Shown here piece after piece: positions 18,698-28,510 of a DNA stretch of 64,000 bases. This stretch comes from Candidatus Thermosaccharophagus tengchongensis (lineage in GTDB: Bacteria > Armatimonadota > Fervidibacteria > Fervidibacterales > Thermosaccharophagaceae): NCBI GenBank assembly GCA_032161105.1, contig JAVHTD010000016.1; one strand, 5' to 3'. The notes beneath the pieces are model-generated. The model had not been told where the DNA came from and searched no databases. It saw only the letters and a program-made list of their open reading frames with translations. Numbering within the stretch: the stretch's first letter is position 1; every line of letters starts with the position of its first letter. The position numbers and the translations under genes were made by a program.

Positions 18698-18751
18698 AAG
18701 CGGCAGCTTGCCCCAATGCCAATTTCAATTGGCTCAATTGGGGAGCCGCTT
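18698..18751. promoter_or_regulatory. Nested imperfect palindrome (three-tier stem-loop) in the argB / GT-C divergent intergenic region
   Basis: AAGCGGC agcttg CCCCAAT GCCAAT ttca ATTGGC tca ATTGGGG a GCCGCTT. Three concentric inverted repeats of 7, 7 and 6 bp. No U-tract follows on either strand. Confidence 0.35.
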
Positions 18752-18809
18752 TAAAGCACCATTGAAATGTGCCACTACTACCTTGCGCCGCTATCATTGA
18801 CTATAGTTA

Positions 18810-20453
18810 ATGCCAAATCCCCTGCCAAGTGCCGATAACGCCATGACCCATAAGGAGGTGAAATTCGCGCTGAGTCGCATTCATCTTTTCATCGCGGTGC
18901 TTGTCCTCGTTGCGTCTCTAATTAGGCTCGGTTTTGTTACCAGACAAAGCCTTTGGATTGACGAAGCATTCACAGTGAGTTGGTGCTCTGAGAGCCTGCC
19001 AAGGATGCTTAAACGGATAGCCAGTGAAGACCGCCATCCGCCATTGTATTGCTTGCTCTCATACCCAATCATGCATATCTCAAACTGCACATCATGCCCG
19101 TTTGAGTCCGCCGGCAAATGCGAAGCTTTAGTGAGATTGGTCTCTGTCATCTCCGGCAGCGCGCTCATTTTGGTCACAGCCTTAATTGGGACGCGCATCG
19201 GTGGCATTGCATGCGCATTGCTATCCGCATGCCTGCTTATGGTTCACCCCGGTGCAATTCATTTCTCGCAAGATGCGCGCCCATACATGTTGCACGCCTT
19301 ACTGTCAGCGCTTGCGTGCCTGCTTTGGATTGATGCTTTGAAGCGTCGGGACGAAGGAGCGGGGAGCAAGTATGGGGGAACCAACATACAGCTATCAAGA
19401 TATGTTGCGCTATGCATCGTCAGTTTGCTCAGTCTGTATTCGTGCTACATGGCATTTGTTCCTTGGCTTGCACGAGTGCTCTGTGCAAGCGCACTACTTA
19501 AGCGGAGGAAAGACCGCACCTACTCATACTTGGTTGCTGCTGACATCATCGCTGCGAGTGCGCTCATGCTATGGCTTGCGTTTGTCCTTTCACAGCCAAA
19601 TGTTATGGGCACGAAAGTGACACCGACCAAAACTGGAATTGCAGTAACCATGGCTTTTGTAATGAATGACTTTGTCGGATATGAATACGGTTTAAGCCAT
19701 GCTTCAGCACCCATCCTCACACTCACGCTTATATCGTCCGTTACTTGCTTGATCATTCTCGCTGTCACCGCATACACCGCATTGCGCAACGCTGCCCGAA
19801 GCAATGGAGAGCAAAGCGATGAGGCATTGAAACTGATGCTCGTATGGTTAGCTATGCACTTGGCTTTGCTGCTCATAGCGCCATCGCTCATGGGCGAATT
19901 CAATCGCTGGCAACGCATCATTGACGGCATAGTCCCACTCTCACTCTTGCTCGCCTATAGTGCCGTGCATGTGCACCCAGCCGCAAGTTCACCATTCAGA
20001 AGGCTTATCACAGCCAATGCGAGGCTAATGGTTGCCATCTTGCTCGTGCTCCATTGCGTTGGGACATACAACCAATTCCACGATAGCCATTATTTCCGTG
20101 AGGACTGGCGCGGTGCTGCTCAATTTGCCATGGCACATGAGGATGAATTTGACTTCATTGTCCTCAACGCGCCTGTAGGGAGCCTCGCATTTAGGCTCTA
20201 CTACAGCGGGCAAAGGAAGTTTGAAGATGTGCCACCACTTGTGACCAACGCTGAGCGAAAGAGAGCAAGCACATGGCTGCAAAAGCTCCTAAGCAGGCAC
20301 AAACGCATACTCGTGATTGAGTGCAGGTCTTGGTTGATTGACCCAACTGGTTGGTTGAGTGCACAGCTTAAAAGGCGCGCAAGACCAATTGCAAGATGGC
20401 ATAGCTCAAAGATCAGCGCAATAGTTTGGGAGGTGAGAAAGACCGAAGATTAG
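18810..20453 (+). CDS. GT-C fold membrane glycosyltransferase (family 39 / ArnT-PMT-like)
   Basis: Multi-TM protein with an N-terminal LWIDEAFT motif, typical of the PMT_2/ArnT family first loop, and a soluble C-terminal domain. ATG 18843 is an alternative start. Confidence 0.75.
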   Translation: MPNPLPSADNAMTHKEVKFALSRIHLFIAVLVLVASLIRLGFVTRQSLWIDEAFTVSWCSESLPRMLKRIASEDRHPPLYCLLSYPIMHISNCTSCPFESAGKCEALVRLVSVISGSALILVTALIGTRIGGIACALLSACLLMVHPGAIHFSQDARPYMLHALLSALACLLWIDALKRRDEGAGSKYGGTNIQLSRYVALCIVSLLSLYSCYMAFVPWLARVLCASALLKRRKDRTYSYLVAADIIAASALMLWLAFVLSQPNVMGTKVTPTKTGIAVTMAFVMNDFVGYEYGLSHASAPILTLTLISSVTCLIILAVTAYTALRNAARSNGEQSDEALKLMLVWLAMHLALLLIAPSLMGEFNRWQRIIDGIVPLSLLLAYSAVHVHPAASSPFRRLITANARLMVAILLVLHCVGTYNQFHDSHYFREDWRGAAQFAMAHEDEFDFIVLNAPVGSLAFRLYYSGQRKFEDVPPLVTNAERKRASTWLQKLLSRHKRILVIECRSWLIDPTGWLSAQLKRRARPIARWHSSKISAIVWEVRKTED

Positions 20454-20577
20454 CGAGTTGGTATTGCGGTGCGCTTGATGGGCAGATGACCATCAAAGTG
20501 AAGCAGGGCATCCTAAAGCCATCAAAAGCCGTCTTTGAGGTGAACTCAGTTTCAGGAAGGGAAGAGCAACCACTGCC

Positions 20578-22974
20578 ATGAGAGTTCTCAAAGCCACATC
20601 ACCGATAATTCTCCTTACCATGCTTGCAACACTACTCCTTCGCAACCAAATCATTCTCGGTAAGGCATGGTGGTATGGTGACATCTTCACATTCTTCTAC
20701 CCAGTAAGGAGCTATGTTGCTGAGCGCCTTCTCAAACTGCAGATGCCCCTTTGGCAGCCATATTCCAACATGGGCATAGCTGCCATCGCAGAACCGCAGT
20801 ATCAAGTCTTCTATCCACCATTATGGTTGACATTACCGTTGCCAACACACTTCGGCATGGCGCTCATGCTATGGCTGCACATCCTTCTTTCGGGGTTTGC
20901 CTTGTATTTCTTCCTGCGAGTTTGCATGCGTTTGAAAAAGGCGGCATCGCTTTTTGGCGCAATCGCATACATGCTCAGCGGCTTCATTCAAGGACATATG
21001 GGTCACTTAATCCATGTGCTTGCGTATCCATATCTGCCGATACTTCTCACAGTTGTGCACAGAGCATTTGCAACTGATGGAGTTAAGAGCTCAGGATTGT
21101 GGGCTGGTGAGCGAGACGGCACAATCACTTGGGCAACAGTTTGCGGCATTGTCATTTCGCTACAACTGCTCACCGGCTCGCAATTTGCATATTACAGCTT
21201 CCTCACAGCGATGGCATTTAGCATTTTCGCCGCTGCCCATGCTAAAGTGCGCTGGCACTCATTCGCCCTATTTTGGCTGTGCGCAATTGCGATATGCCTC
21301 AGCATCTGTGCCATACAAATGCTGCCGACACTTGAGGTGGCAAGGTTCTCAGCAAGACCTCCATCATTCAAATTTGCTTCTGACAATTCCCTCCCACCGC
21401 TTCTTTGGCTCACCTTGAGCACACTGCCGAATTACTACGGCACATATCTGACAGGCTTTGTAACACATGGCATATGGACTGATGGAGCATCTGCATTTGT
21501 TGGACACTCAACGATCCTTCTTTCGCTCACCTGCATTGTGGTTTCACTTAAGCGAAATCGCCTCGCCGCATTCTTTGCGATGGCGGCATTGGCATCGCTG
21601 ATTATCTCATTCGGGATTTATACACCCCTTTGGAAAGTGCTCTCACCGATTGCATCTTGCATGTTTAAATTCCGCTGTCCATCAAGGTGGCTCCTCATTT
21701 ACACGCTGAGCCTCTCAATCCTCTCATCAATTGGGATGCACAATCTTCTTGAGGGCAGCGGCTTTGGAGGAACAACAAAAAGCGGGGCGAAACTTTTGCG
21801 GTTACTCCCCATCTTTGTGGTGCTGTATGCCATATGCCTGACCGCAGTTCTGTTCCTCCACTGGAGACAATCCCAAGACGCATTTGCCCTTTGCCTTGAC
21901 TCACTCTTGCTCGCCTTACTTTGGTGGTATGCCTTCTTGGCATTGCGCTGGGTGATGAGGGGCTTCTCTCACTGTGATGCGCTGCTTCTCACACTCGGAT
22001 TAACTTGCGAATTATTTGTGCTCTCACTCGGGATGCACTTCTCCGCTGGCGCCAAAGGGGAGCTGATTGTGCAACCGGCAGAAGCAGCAAAATCCATCCG
22101 AGAAAATGAGCGATACTTTAGTGAGCGTTTCCCTGTAGCGCCATACTTACTTGCAAACAGATACCTTCGCATGAAGAAGTTCTCCACTCGTGAGGATGCT
22201 CTTGCAAGGGCGCAAATTGAGCTCCTCAAGCCATCCCTGAACTTGCTCACTTCAAGGCGTTCAGTTGATACAGAGGGTGAGCTTGTCTCACGCCCATTGT
22301 GGTCATTTCCCTTCGTTCGTTTTAGGGACTTGCGGCATAAGGACAACGAACGCCTATACAGGTTGGCTGGCGTAAAGTGCATCGTTTCAATCTGGCGCTA
22401 TGCGAGGTTTAAGTTAAGGGCGAGGACAAAAGATGGGGTTTTCATTTACGAGGATCCAGAAGCCATGCCGTTAATTTACCTCGTTGAGAATGTTCGCATC
22501 GTGCGCACAACAAATGAGGCGATTGAGCTCATCACAAAGCGCCCGTTCAATCCCAAGACAGAAGTTGCGCTGCTGCCAATGAGCAACATTGAAAACATGG
22601 ATGGCGATGCCAAAGTCACAAATGCAAGCACAACCTCAGCTGATGTTGGGAAGGTGACTGTGAGGCGATGGGAATGTGAGGTGTGCGAGATTGAGTGCGA
22701 GGGCAAGCAGTCAAGTTGGTTAATCTGGCTTGAATGCTTCCACCCCGGCTGGAGGGCATTCGTTGATGGGAGACAGACAAGCATCCACTGTGCCAATGGC
22801 GCATTCATGGCTGTGAGAGTTGGCTCTGGCAGGCACAGGATAACATTTGCCTTCCTTCCAACGAGCTACTCAGTCGGTGCATTCATTACGCTATGCACAA
22901 TCTCCGCCCTCATCGGTATTAGTATCTTCCGCTTGGTGATGCGCTTCAAAGCGAGTAACAGCAGCCATCATTGA
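20578..22974 (+). CDS. YfhO-like large membrane protein (putative GT-C glycosyltransferase)
   Basis: 798 aa. The N-terminal two-thirds is polytopic. The N-terminus DIFTFFYPVRSYVAERLLKLQMPLWQPYSNMGIAAIAEPQ resembles YfhO proteins. A C-terminal beta-rich domain ends in a final TM helix. Confidence 0.65.
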   Translation: MRVLKATSPIILLTMLATLLLRNQIILGKAWWYGDIFTFFYPVRSYVAERLLKLQMPLWQPYSNMGIAAIAEPQYQVFYPPLWLTLPLPTHFGMALMLWLHILLSGFALYFFLRVCMRLKKAASLFGAIAYMLSGFIQGHMGHLIHVLAYPYLPILLTVVHRAFATDGVKSSGLWAGERDGTITWATVCGIVISLQLLTGSQFAYYSFLTAMAFSIFAAAHAKVRWHSFALFWLCAIAICLSICAIQMLPTLEVARFSARPPSFKFASDNSLPPLLWLTLSTLPNYYGTYLTGFVTHGIWTDGASAFVGHSTILLSLTCIVVSLKRNRLAAFFAMAALASLIISFGIYTPLWKVLSPIASCMFKFRCPSRWLLIYTLSLSILSSIGMHNLLEGSGFGGTTKSGAKLLRLLPIFVVLYAICLTAVLFLHWRQSQDAFALCLDSLLLALLWWYAFLALRWVMRGFSHCDALLLTLGLTCELFVLSLGMHFSAGAKGELIVQPAEAAKSIRENERYFSERFPVAPYLLANRYLRMKKFSTREDALARAQIELLKPSLNLLTSRRSVDTEGELVSRPLWSFPFVRFRDLRHKDNERLYRLAGVKCIVSIWRYARFKLRARTKDGVFIYEDPEAMPLIYLVENVRIVRTTNEAIELITKRPFNPKTEVALLPMSNIENMDGDAKVTNASTTSADVGKVTVRRWECEVCEIECEGKQSSWLIWLECFHPGWRAFVDGRQTSIHCANGAFMAVRVGSGRHRITFAFLPTSYSVGAFITLCTISALIGISIFRLVMRFKASNSSHH

Positions 22975-23164
22975 TTGCACATGAAAGCCCATGAAAAGAG
23001 CCCTTTCAATTCATCCGTGATGACTCTTCTCAGCTTGCCCGCATGCTGTCTCTTGAACCGCATGCACATTATGGCGTCAAAATGGAAGGACACTTGGAGC
23101 CAAGACAGAATTGGAACTTGCCGTTTGCGACATCGGGACACTGCTTTGAAGGGGGCAATTAGCG

Positions 23165-25957
23165 ATGCGCTTTTGGTCAGGATTAACGACGGCGTGTGTG
23201 CTCTTCATCTGCGCCATTGTGAGCACAACCTATGGAGCGGTGCTTGAGGACAACTGCGATCCATCGTTCAATGTTGCTGCACACCTGCTGCCCACAAGTC
23301 AATGGGCAAAAGGAGCCTTTTTCAAAGTCATACTGAATCAGAGCAACGCTGCCACTGGATATGTCGTCAAAGTCACCTCAAACAACGCCACTCTAAGCAG
23401 GCTTGATGGGGGTGTGGAGCGCTCTCTTGCAGCAGCCCAATTGCCAAAGGCAACACAAAATAAGCCATGGCGATTGACCATCCAGAGAAGGGATGCAAAG
23501 GATAAGCATCGCATTGCCGTAGTTGTTAATGGTGCGCCGATAATCATTGCGCATGATGACAAATACCTCGGTGGGAGCGTGCACTGGCAGGCAAGCAATG
23601 GCGTGCTTAAGGGCGAGCTGCGCTATCAACCAATTGAACCTGTTTGCTTCGTGGATGACTTTATGAGAACAGCTGAGGAGCCATCCGGATGGGAGGCTGT
23701 AAGCGGTATTTGGTCAGTCGGACAAACGCAATCTCTGCGCACAAACATCGGCTCACCGGAACCGCTGCGCACCGCAAACGCGTTTGCTTACTACGGCAAA
23801 CCGACTAATGGGGAGATGGCAATCTCAACGGTCGGCTATTGGTTCTGGGACACTTACACTGTTGATGTTTCCATGTGCGCTGATTCCGACGGCGTTGTCG
23901 GAGTAATCGCGTGCTATCAGGACAGCAACAACTACATCGTGTTCCGTTGGACATCACGGCACAGCAAAAGGAGAGCCGAGATTGTCAGCCTCATTGATGG
24001 GACTGAGCGCATCATGGCAAGCGCACCGATAGGATATGAGCCAAAGCAATGGTATCGGATGACGATGCGATTCAACGAAAGCGTTATTGAGGCATTCATT
24101 GACGGCATCAAAGTTTGCGAGGCAAAGAAGCCGCCGCTCATTGAGGGAACTTCAGGATTGTGCGTTTACGGCACATCGGCATGTTTTGATGACTTCGCTG
24201 TAACTCACTGGGATGGCTCACGCCAATTGCCACTTGCATACTACGCAAAGATTGCGCAAGGCTTCCAGCGCGAGGAGACAATGGCGCAGTGGGCATCGCC
24301 AATCGGAGATTGGGTTGAAAGGCGTTCACAGGATGGCTCAACATATTGGGAGCATCGTGGGTTGTTCTTCGGTGACGCATCCGTTAGCGTGCCCATCAGC
24401 CAGAGCAATTCAAGTGGTGAACTCAAGCTAAGTTTCGTCCCGAGTGGCATCAGGGATGCGAAAGGATCATCGTGCACTTTGCATCTTCACAGGCTTGCTT
24501 ATGAGCTTCTTGTGGATGGCAAGGTAGTGTCATCCGGGAAGCTCAACACATTGAGCAGCACAACTGGCGAACTTGAGTTAAAACTCGCAGGGGCAAAGGT
24601 GAGCGCGGGCATCAATGGGAGGGAAATTGCGAGTGCCCGACTTAACAGGGGCTTTCAAGGTTACAGGCTCACATTGACAAGCAGCGGATTCAACCTCCCA
24701 ATGAATGCAATCAGAGTTTCAGCGACGAATGTCATTGATGACACATTCGCCAATGCTCCGACGCTTTGGTGGGCATGGCGTGGTGAGTGGTCAATTGCGC
24801 CAAGATGGGCATGCGACCCATCATGGGGATGGTTTGGCGGTGGCGGGAGCGACTGCCCAACGCTATGGAGCAAACCATCATTCAAAGGCGACATCGTCGT
24901 TGAAGCGTTCATGATGATAGCGATGGACTTGCCGAGGAGCCCGGGGTATAGCCATCCGAGCGATTTGAATCTAACAATATGCGGCGATGGGCTTAACCTT
25001 GACAGCGGCTATAGCTTCATCTTCGCCGGCTGGAGAAACACAATGACAGCAATACTGCGCAAGGATAGGATCGTCAGCTCCACAAATGAGTTCAGGATGA
25101 TCAACCCGACAAGTTCAAACCCGGACTTCCACAGGCATTGGTTTTACATCCGTGTGGAAAAGCTCGGCTCAAAGCTGCGCTACTTCATTGATGATAAACT
25201 CGCACTTGAATACGAGGATGAGAAGCCGCTTGATGGCGGTAAGATAGCGCTATGGACATTCCACAACACCTTGATGGTAGCGCGTGTGCGCATTTGGTAT
25301 GAACAAATGGAGATGCAAGGCGAATACCCGTGCACATGCGACATTGAGAGAGCTGCAAAGCGCACCCTCATTGAGGGAACTCCGACAGTTCCCTCTGGAA
25401 AGACCATCGTGCACGACTTTGAAGCTGATGTGTGCGGCTGGAGCAGCAGGTGGCTTAACGATGGTGCAATCATCATGCTTGATGATTCAACCGCATCAAC
25501 CGGCAAGCGCAGCTTAAAGGTGCTCACAGCAAAAGGCGGCGGTCATCTCTCTACATGGGTCGGCGTTGAGGCATTTGATGCTGCTCAATATCCGGTGCTC
25601 AGGTTTGACTACAATGTTCCGCCAAACATCAAAGTCAACCTCTACATACGAGCCTTTGGAAGTTATTACGCCTTTGAGTTCACCGGCGGGCAACAACCGG
25701 AAGGCACGGCACCGCTCATCGGCAAGGTTGAGAATGTAGTTGCCGATGGCAAATGGCACACTGCAACGGTGTATCTGTATGACGCTTTGAGGAAGCTCTT
25801 CCCGCAGGCAAGCTCAATACCTGTGAGTGAGATATGTTTTGCTGTGCCGGATGAAACTTACCTGCGCTGCGGCATTGGTGGGAATAGAGCCGGCGATTAC
25901 TTCAACATTGACAATTTCAGGCTCATCGCGTCGGATGAGGCAAACGCACAAAGGTGA
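23165..25957 (+). CDS. Secreted multi-domain concanavalin-A-like (LamG/DUF1080-type jelly-roll) protein
   Basis: Signal peptide MRFWSGLTTACVLFICAIVSTTYGA. Repeated jelly-roll module endings are seen: CFDDFAVTHW, MVARVRIWY and NIDNFRLI. Confidence 0.7.
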   Translation: MRFWSGLTTACVLFICAIVSTTYGAVLEDNCDPSFNVAAHLLPTSQWAKGAFFKVILNQSNAATGYVVKVTSNNATLSRLDGGVERSLAAAQLPKATQNKPWRLTIQRRDAKDKHRIAVVVNGAPIIIAHDDKYLGGSVHWQASNGVLKGELRYQPIEPVCFVDDFMRTAEEPSGWEAVSGIWSVGQTQSLRTNIGSPEPLRTANAFAYYGKPTNGEMAISTVGYWFWDTYTVDVSMCADSDGVVGVIACYQDSNNYIVFRWTSRHSKRRAEIVSLIDGTERIMASAPIGYEPKQWYRMTMRFNESVIEAFIDGIKVCEAKKPPLIEGTSGLCVYGTSACFDDFAVTHWDGSRQLPLAYYAKIAQGFQREETMAQWASPIGDWVERRSQDGSTYWEHRGLFFGDASVSVPISQSNSSGELKLSFVPSGIRDAKGSSCTLHLHRLAYELLVDGKVVSSGKLNTLSSTTGELELKLAGAKVSAGINGREIASARLNRGFQGYRLTLTSSGFNLPMNAIRVSATNVIDDTFANAPTLWWAWRGEWSIAPRWACDPSWGWFGGGGSDCPTLWSKPSFKGDIVVEAFMMIAMDLPRSPGYSHPSDLNLTICGDGLNLDSGYSFIFAGWRNTMTAILRKDRIVSSTNEFRMINPTSSNPDFHRHWFYIRVEKLGSKLRYFIDDKLALEYEDEKPLDGGKIALWTFHNTLMVARVRIWYEQMEMQGEYPCTCDIERAAKRTLIEGTPTVPSGKTIVHDFEADVCGWSSRWLNDGAIIMLDDSTASTGKRSLKVLTAKGGGHLSTWVGVEAFDAAQYPVLRFDYNVPPNIKVNLYIRAFGSYYAFEFTGGQQPEGTAPLIGKVENVVADGKWHTATVYLYDALRKLFPQASSIPVSEICFAVPDETYLRCGIGGNRAGDYFNIDNFRLIASDEANAQR

Positions 25958-25981
25958 GTTGAGGGGGCGTTAAAAAGTCCA

Positions 25982-26869
25982 TTAGGGTGACTGTTGAATT
26001 GACCTGCGTATGGCGATGGTGCGCTCATACGCTTCCTTGCGGCGCATCTTTAACTTCGCCATTAGCTCACGCACGATTTCCTTCGTCGTCAAGCCATTCA
26101 TCAACTTGCTTCGGATGAAGTTATCAATCTCATCATCGCATGTCATGGGCTTAGTGACGCAACTCCCCTTTGCGCCCTCAACAACGAGGGTAAATTCGCC
26201 AATTGGCTCGGTCAATGTATAGCGCTTGAGTGCTCCCTCCAAGTCGGTGGCGAATATCTCCTCAAACTGTTTTGTGAGTTCCCTCGCCACAACAACTCTT
26301 CGGTTGCCGAGGATGCTGAGCAAATCTTTGAGTGTCTCCTTGAGCCTGTGGGGTGCTTCGTAGATAACGATTGGGTGACGCCAATTGCTCACCTCACTCA
26401 ACAGCTCACATCTATCCTTTCGGTCTCTCGGCAGGAAGCCCAAGAAGACAAAGCGCTGTGCCCTCATGCCAGCTGCTGAAAGTGCCACGACCGCAGCAGA
26501 TGGACCTGGTATGGGCACCACTTTATAACCGCACGATAAAGCCGCATTGACTATTTCAGCGCCCGGGTCGGAAATGCAGGGTGTGCCAGCATCGGAAATG
26601 ATGGCTATACTTCTTCCACCCTCAAGCAGCTTGAGCAATTGGCGCAGCCTTGACTTCGGTGAGTGCTCATGAAAGCTTATCACGGGCTTTTTGATCTCAT
26701 AGCTGTTGAGCAAGCGCTTTGCCACTCTCGTATCCTCAGCAACGATGAAGTCAACCATCCGAAGAACATCAAGCGCACGCAGCGTTATGTCGCGGAGATT
26801 CCCTATCGGCGTTGCGCAAACATAAAGCACCCCTTTCCCCTTTGTCTCCCCCGATGGGTTGCAATCCAT
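25982..26869 (-). CDS. rsmI: 16S rRNA (cytidine1402-2'-O)-methyltransferase
   Basis: GVLYVCATPIGNLRDITLRALDVL, ISDAGTPCISDPG and YEAPHRL. Confidence 0.93.
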   Translation of the reverse strand: MDCNPSGETKGKGVLYVCATPIGNLRDITLRALDVLRMVDFIVAEDTRVAKRLLNSYEIKKPVISFHEHSPKSRLRQLLKLLEGGRSIAIISDAGTPCISDPGAEIVNAALSCGYKVVPIPGPSAAVVALSAAGMRAQRFVFLGFLPRDRKDRCELLSEVSNWRHPIVIYEAPHRLKETLKDLLSILGNRRVVVARELTKQFEEIFATDLEGALKRYTLTEPIGEFTLVVEGAKGSCVTKPMTCDDEIDNFIRSKLMNGLTTKEIVRELMAKLKMRRKEAYERTIAIRRSIQQSP

Positions 26870-26935
26870 TGGCGCTCATTCACCCTTGATGTCCTCAACG
26901 CATTACATGATTGGCTCATGCCTCAACAACGAGCA

Positions 26936-27031
26936 TTAACGATTCTTCTTCTTGTGCCTGTGCATTCGGCGGCGCTTCTTCTGCCAATGCTTCTTCACCT
27001 TCTTGCGATGCTTCTTCTTGTCCGAGGGCAC
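26936..27031 (-). CDS. 31-aa hyper-basic peptide, candidate bS22-like (AURKAIP1/COX24-type) ribosomal protein
   Basis: Below the ORF-track cutoff. GTG (27031..27029) lies 6 nt after GGAGGTGA (rc of 27038..27045). Translation: MPSDKKKHRKKVKKHWQKKRRRMHRHKKKNR* with TAA at 26938..26936. It is 66 nt upstream of rsmI and co-directional with it. Confidence 0.6.
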   Translation of the reverse strand: MPSDKKKHRKKVKKHWQKKRRRMHRHKKKNR

Positions 27032-27439
27032 AATCCATCACCTCCATCGTAAGCCAAAGAATCCCCGCCAACTCACTTTGGCATGCTGAGATGCTCCTGG
27101 CGGAGAATGATGGCGCTCACTACCAACGGGACATACAATCCCATATCCCTTTGAAGTATCGCGCCGACTGTAAAGCACAACACTTCTGGATGCCATCTGA
27201 GCAAGGGCTTTTCGCTGGCAAGCTGCAGCTACTTCATCATTTTTGTGCAGCCGATCGGATTTGTAAAGCAATTCCGTTAGTGCAAACGATGCTGTGGGAT
27301 AAGCCAGCTGGCATTACGAAACAGCGCGCCGTTCCCAATTCGGCTGAGCGTGATCACCCATTGGGTTGCCCCTCACTACTGATGTGCAAAAGTTGAAGTG
27401 ATGATGAACTTCACGATGGCTTCTCATCCTGCTATGACT

Positions 27440-28444
27440 TCACGCTATTCCGAGCAAGTGTAGGACGCTAACCGTGAGCGCACACAAAGCCATCTTGAAC
27501 TGGTGCTCAAGCGGTGTTGGCTCATCCGTTTTTGAGTGCCTGTTGTTGCGCACCTCAATGCTCAGCCTGAGCATCTCATAATGCCTGCCTTCCCAAAATG
27601 CTTTGAGGAACTGCTGCCTCTGTTGCCCGCGATATGGCACGAAAGCCTCAGCAATTGGATTTGCGCCCAGCTTCTTCCACGAGTTGATGATGACCTCAGA
27701 CCACTCTTTCAACTTTCCTTTTTCAACCTCGCTTAACTCGTCGTAGTCCGCTGGAAGCAAAACAGCCTCGTCAACTTCGTGCTGGTGCATCTCAAGGTAA
27801 TGGGTATAGCGGTGTGCACGATAGCACTCATCAATTGCAATTGCATGCGTTGAATTGCGATTGGTGTTCGGCTCAACGAATGTGTTGTCGTCAATTTGCT
27901 CGTAGATGATTCCAATGACTCTCGGATGATGTTCGCTGTAGCGCCACTGCGGGTAGCGCCCAAAACGGCTGCCATCATTCGCTATCCCAAATGCCACCTT
28001 GAGGAAGGCATCGTTATCGTAGGCTGTTCCATCCCAACATCTAACTGGGCTTCTGGCTCTACCCTGAGAATTCGTATCGGGGATGAGCGTGATCAGCGCC
28101 TTGGAAAGTATCTCGTCAATCGGCAACCTACTTTCAGTGCCATCAAGATGATGCCCAGTCAGAAGTTGGCACGCAAAATCAACACATGCTGCAGTCCCAG
28201 CTGGCTCGTGAGCATGTGGCACTGTGACGAGCAGGCGAACGCCCTTCTCAGACTGGCGCTTATGGTCATCGGTTATGGTCAACCCGTAGACTCTTATCCC
28301 GCCATACTGCACCCACGAGTGTTTGCGCACCGATGTGCTGTAAAGCTTGCACCATTCATCAACCATCGGCTGCCATTCTTCGGGATGGCTGTGCCAACAG
28401 GAGGCAGCGTCACATGAGACTAACGATGCTATATCCATGCTCAT
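27440..28444 (-). CDS. M14 metallocarboxypeptidase-like fold protein (tentative)
   Basis: VTVPHAHEPAGTAA is a HxxE-type zinc motif and LIPDTNSQG resembles the NPDG region. No signal peptide was seen. GGGGGTGA lies 6 nt upstream of the ATG. Confidence 0.55.
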   Translation of the reverse strand: MSMDIASLVSCDAASCWHSHPEEWQPMVDEWCKLYSTSVRKHSWVQYGGIRVYGLTITDDHKRQSEKGVRLLVTVPHAHEPAGTAACVDFACQLLTGHHLDGTESRLPIDEILSKALITLIPDTNSQGRARSPVRCWDGTAYDNDAFLKVAFGIANDGSRFGRYPQWRYSEHHPRVIGIIYEQIDDNTFVEPNTNRNSTHAIAIDECYRAHRYTHYLEMHQHEVDEAVLLPADYDELSEVEKGKLKEWSEVIINSWKKLGANPIAEAFVPYRGQQRQQFLKAFWEGRHYEMLRLSIEVRNNRHSKTDEPTPLEHQFKMALCALTVSVLHLLGIA

Positions 28445-28510
28445 TCACCCCCGTCAAAGCCAGAACTTATGCTACTGGCAGCGCTTGTGAACTGGCGGTA
28501 ATTCGTGAAA

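Noticed and set aside
20474-20498. A stem-loop, CTTGATGG gcagatga CCATCAA(A)G, between the two GT-C genes, considered as a terminator or attenuator.
   Set aside because: It is a 7-bp stem with a bulge and no U-tract, and the genes are co-directional. It could be chance.
27046-27439. A 394-nt stretch with no convincing ORF, lying between the M14-like gene's stop and the basic micro-ORF. I considered a riboswitch, 6S RNA, RNase P RNA, tmRNA or an r-protein leader.
   Set aside because: I found only short inverted repeats: CCCAAT...ATTGGG, GCTGCA...TGCAGC and TGAAGT...ACTTCA. None of the diagnostic cores I know were present (RNase P GGAAAGTCC, the SRP GGAAGCAGCC-type loop, a tmRNA tag/CCA end, the B12 box). 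It remains unexplained. A covariance-model scan (Rfam/Infernal) would decide.
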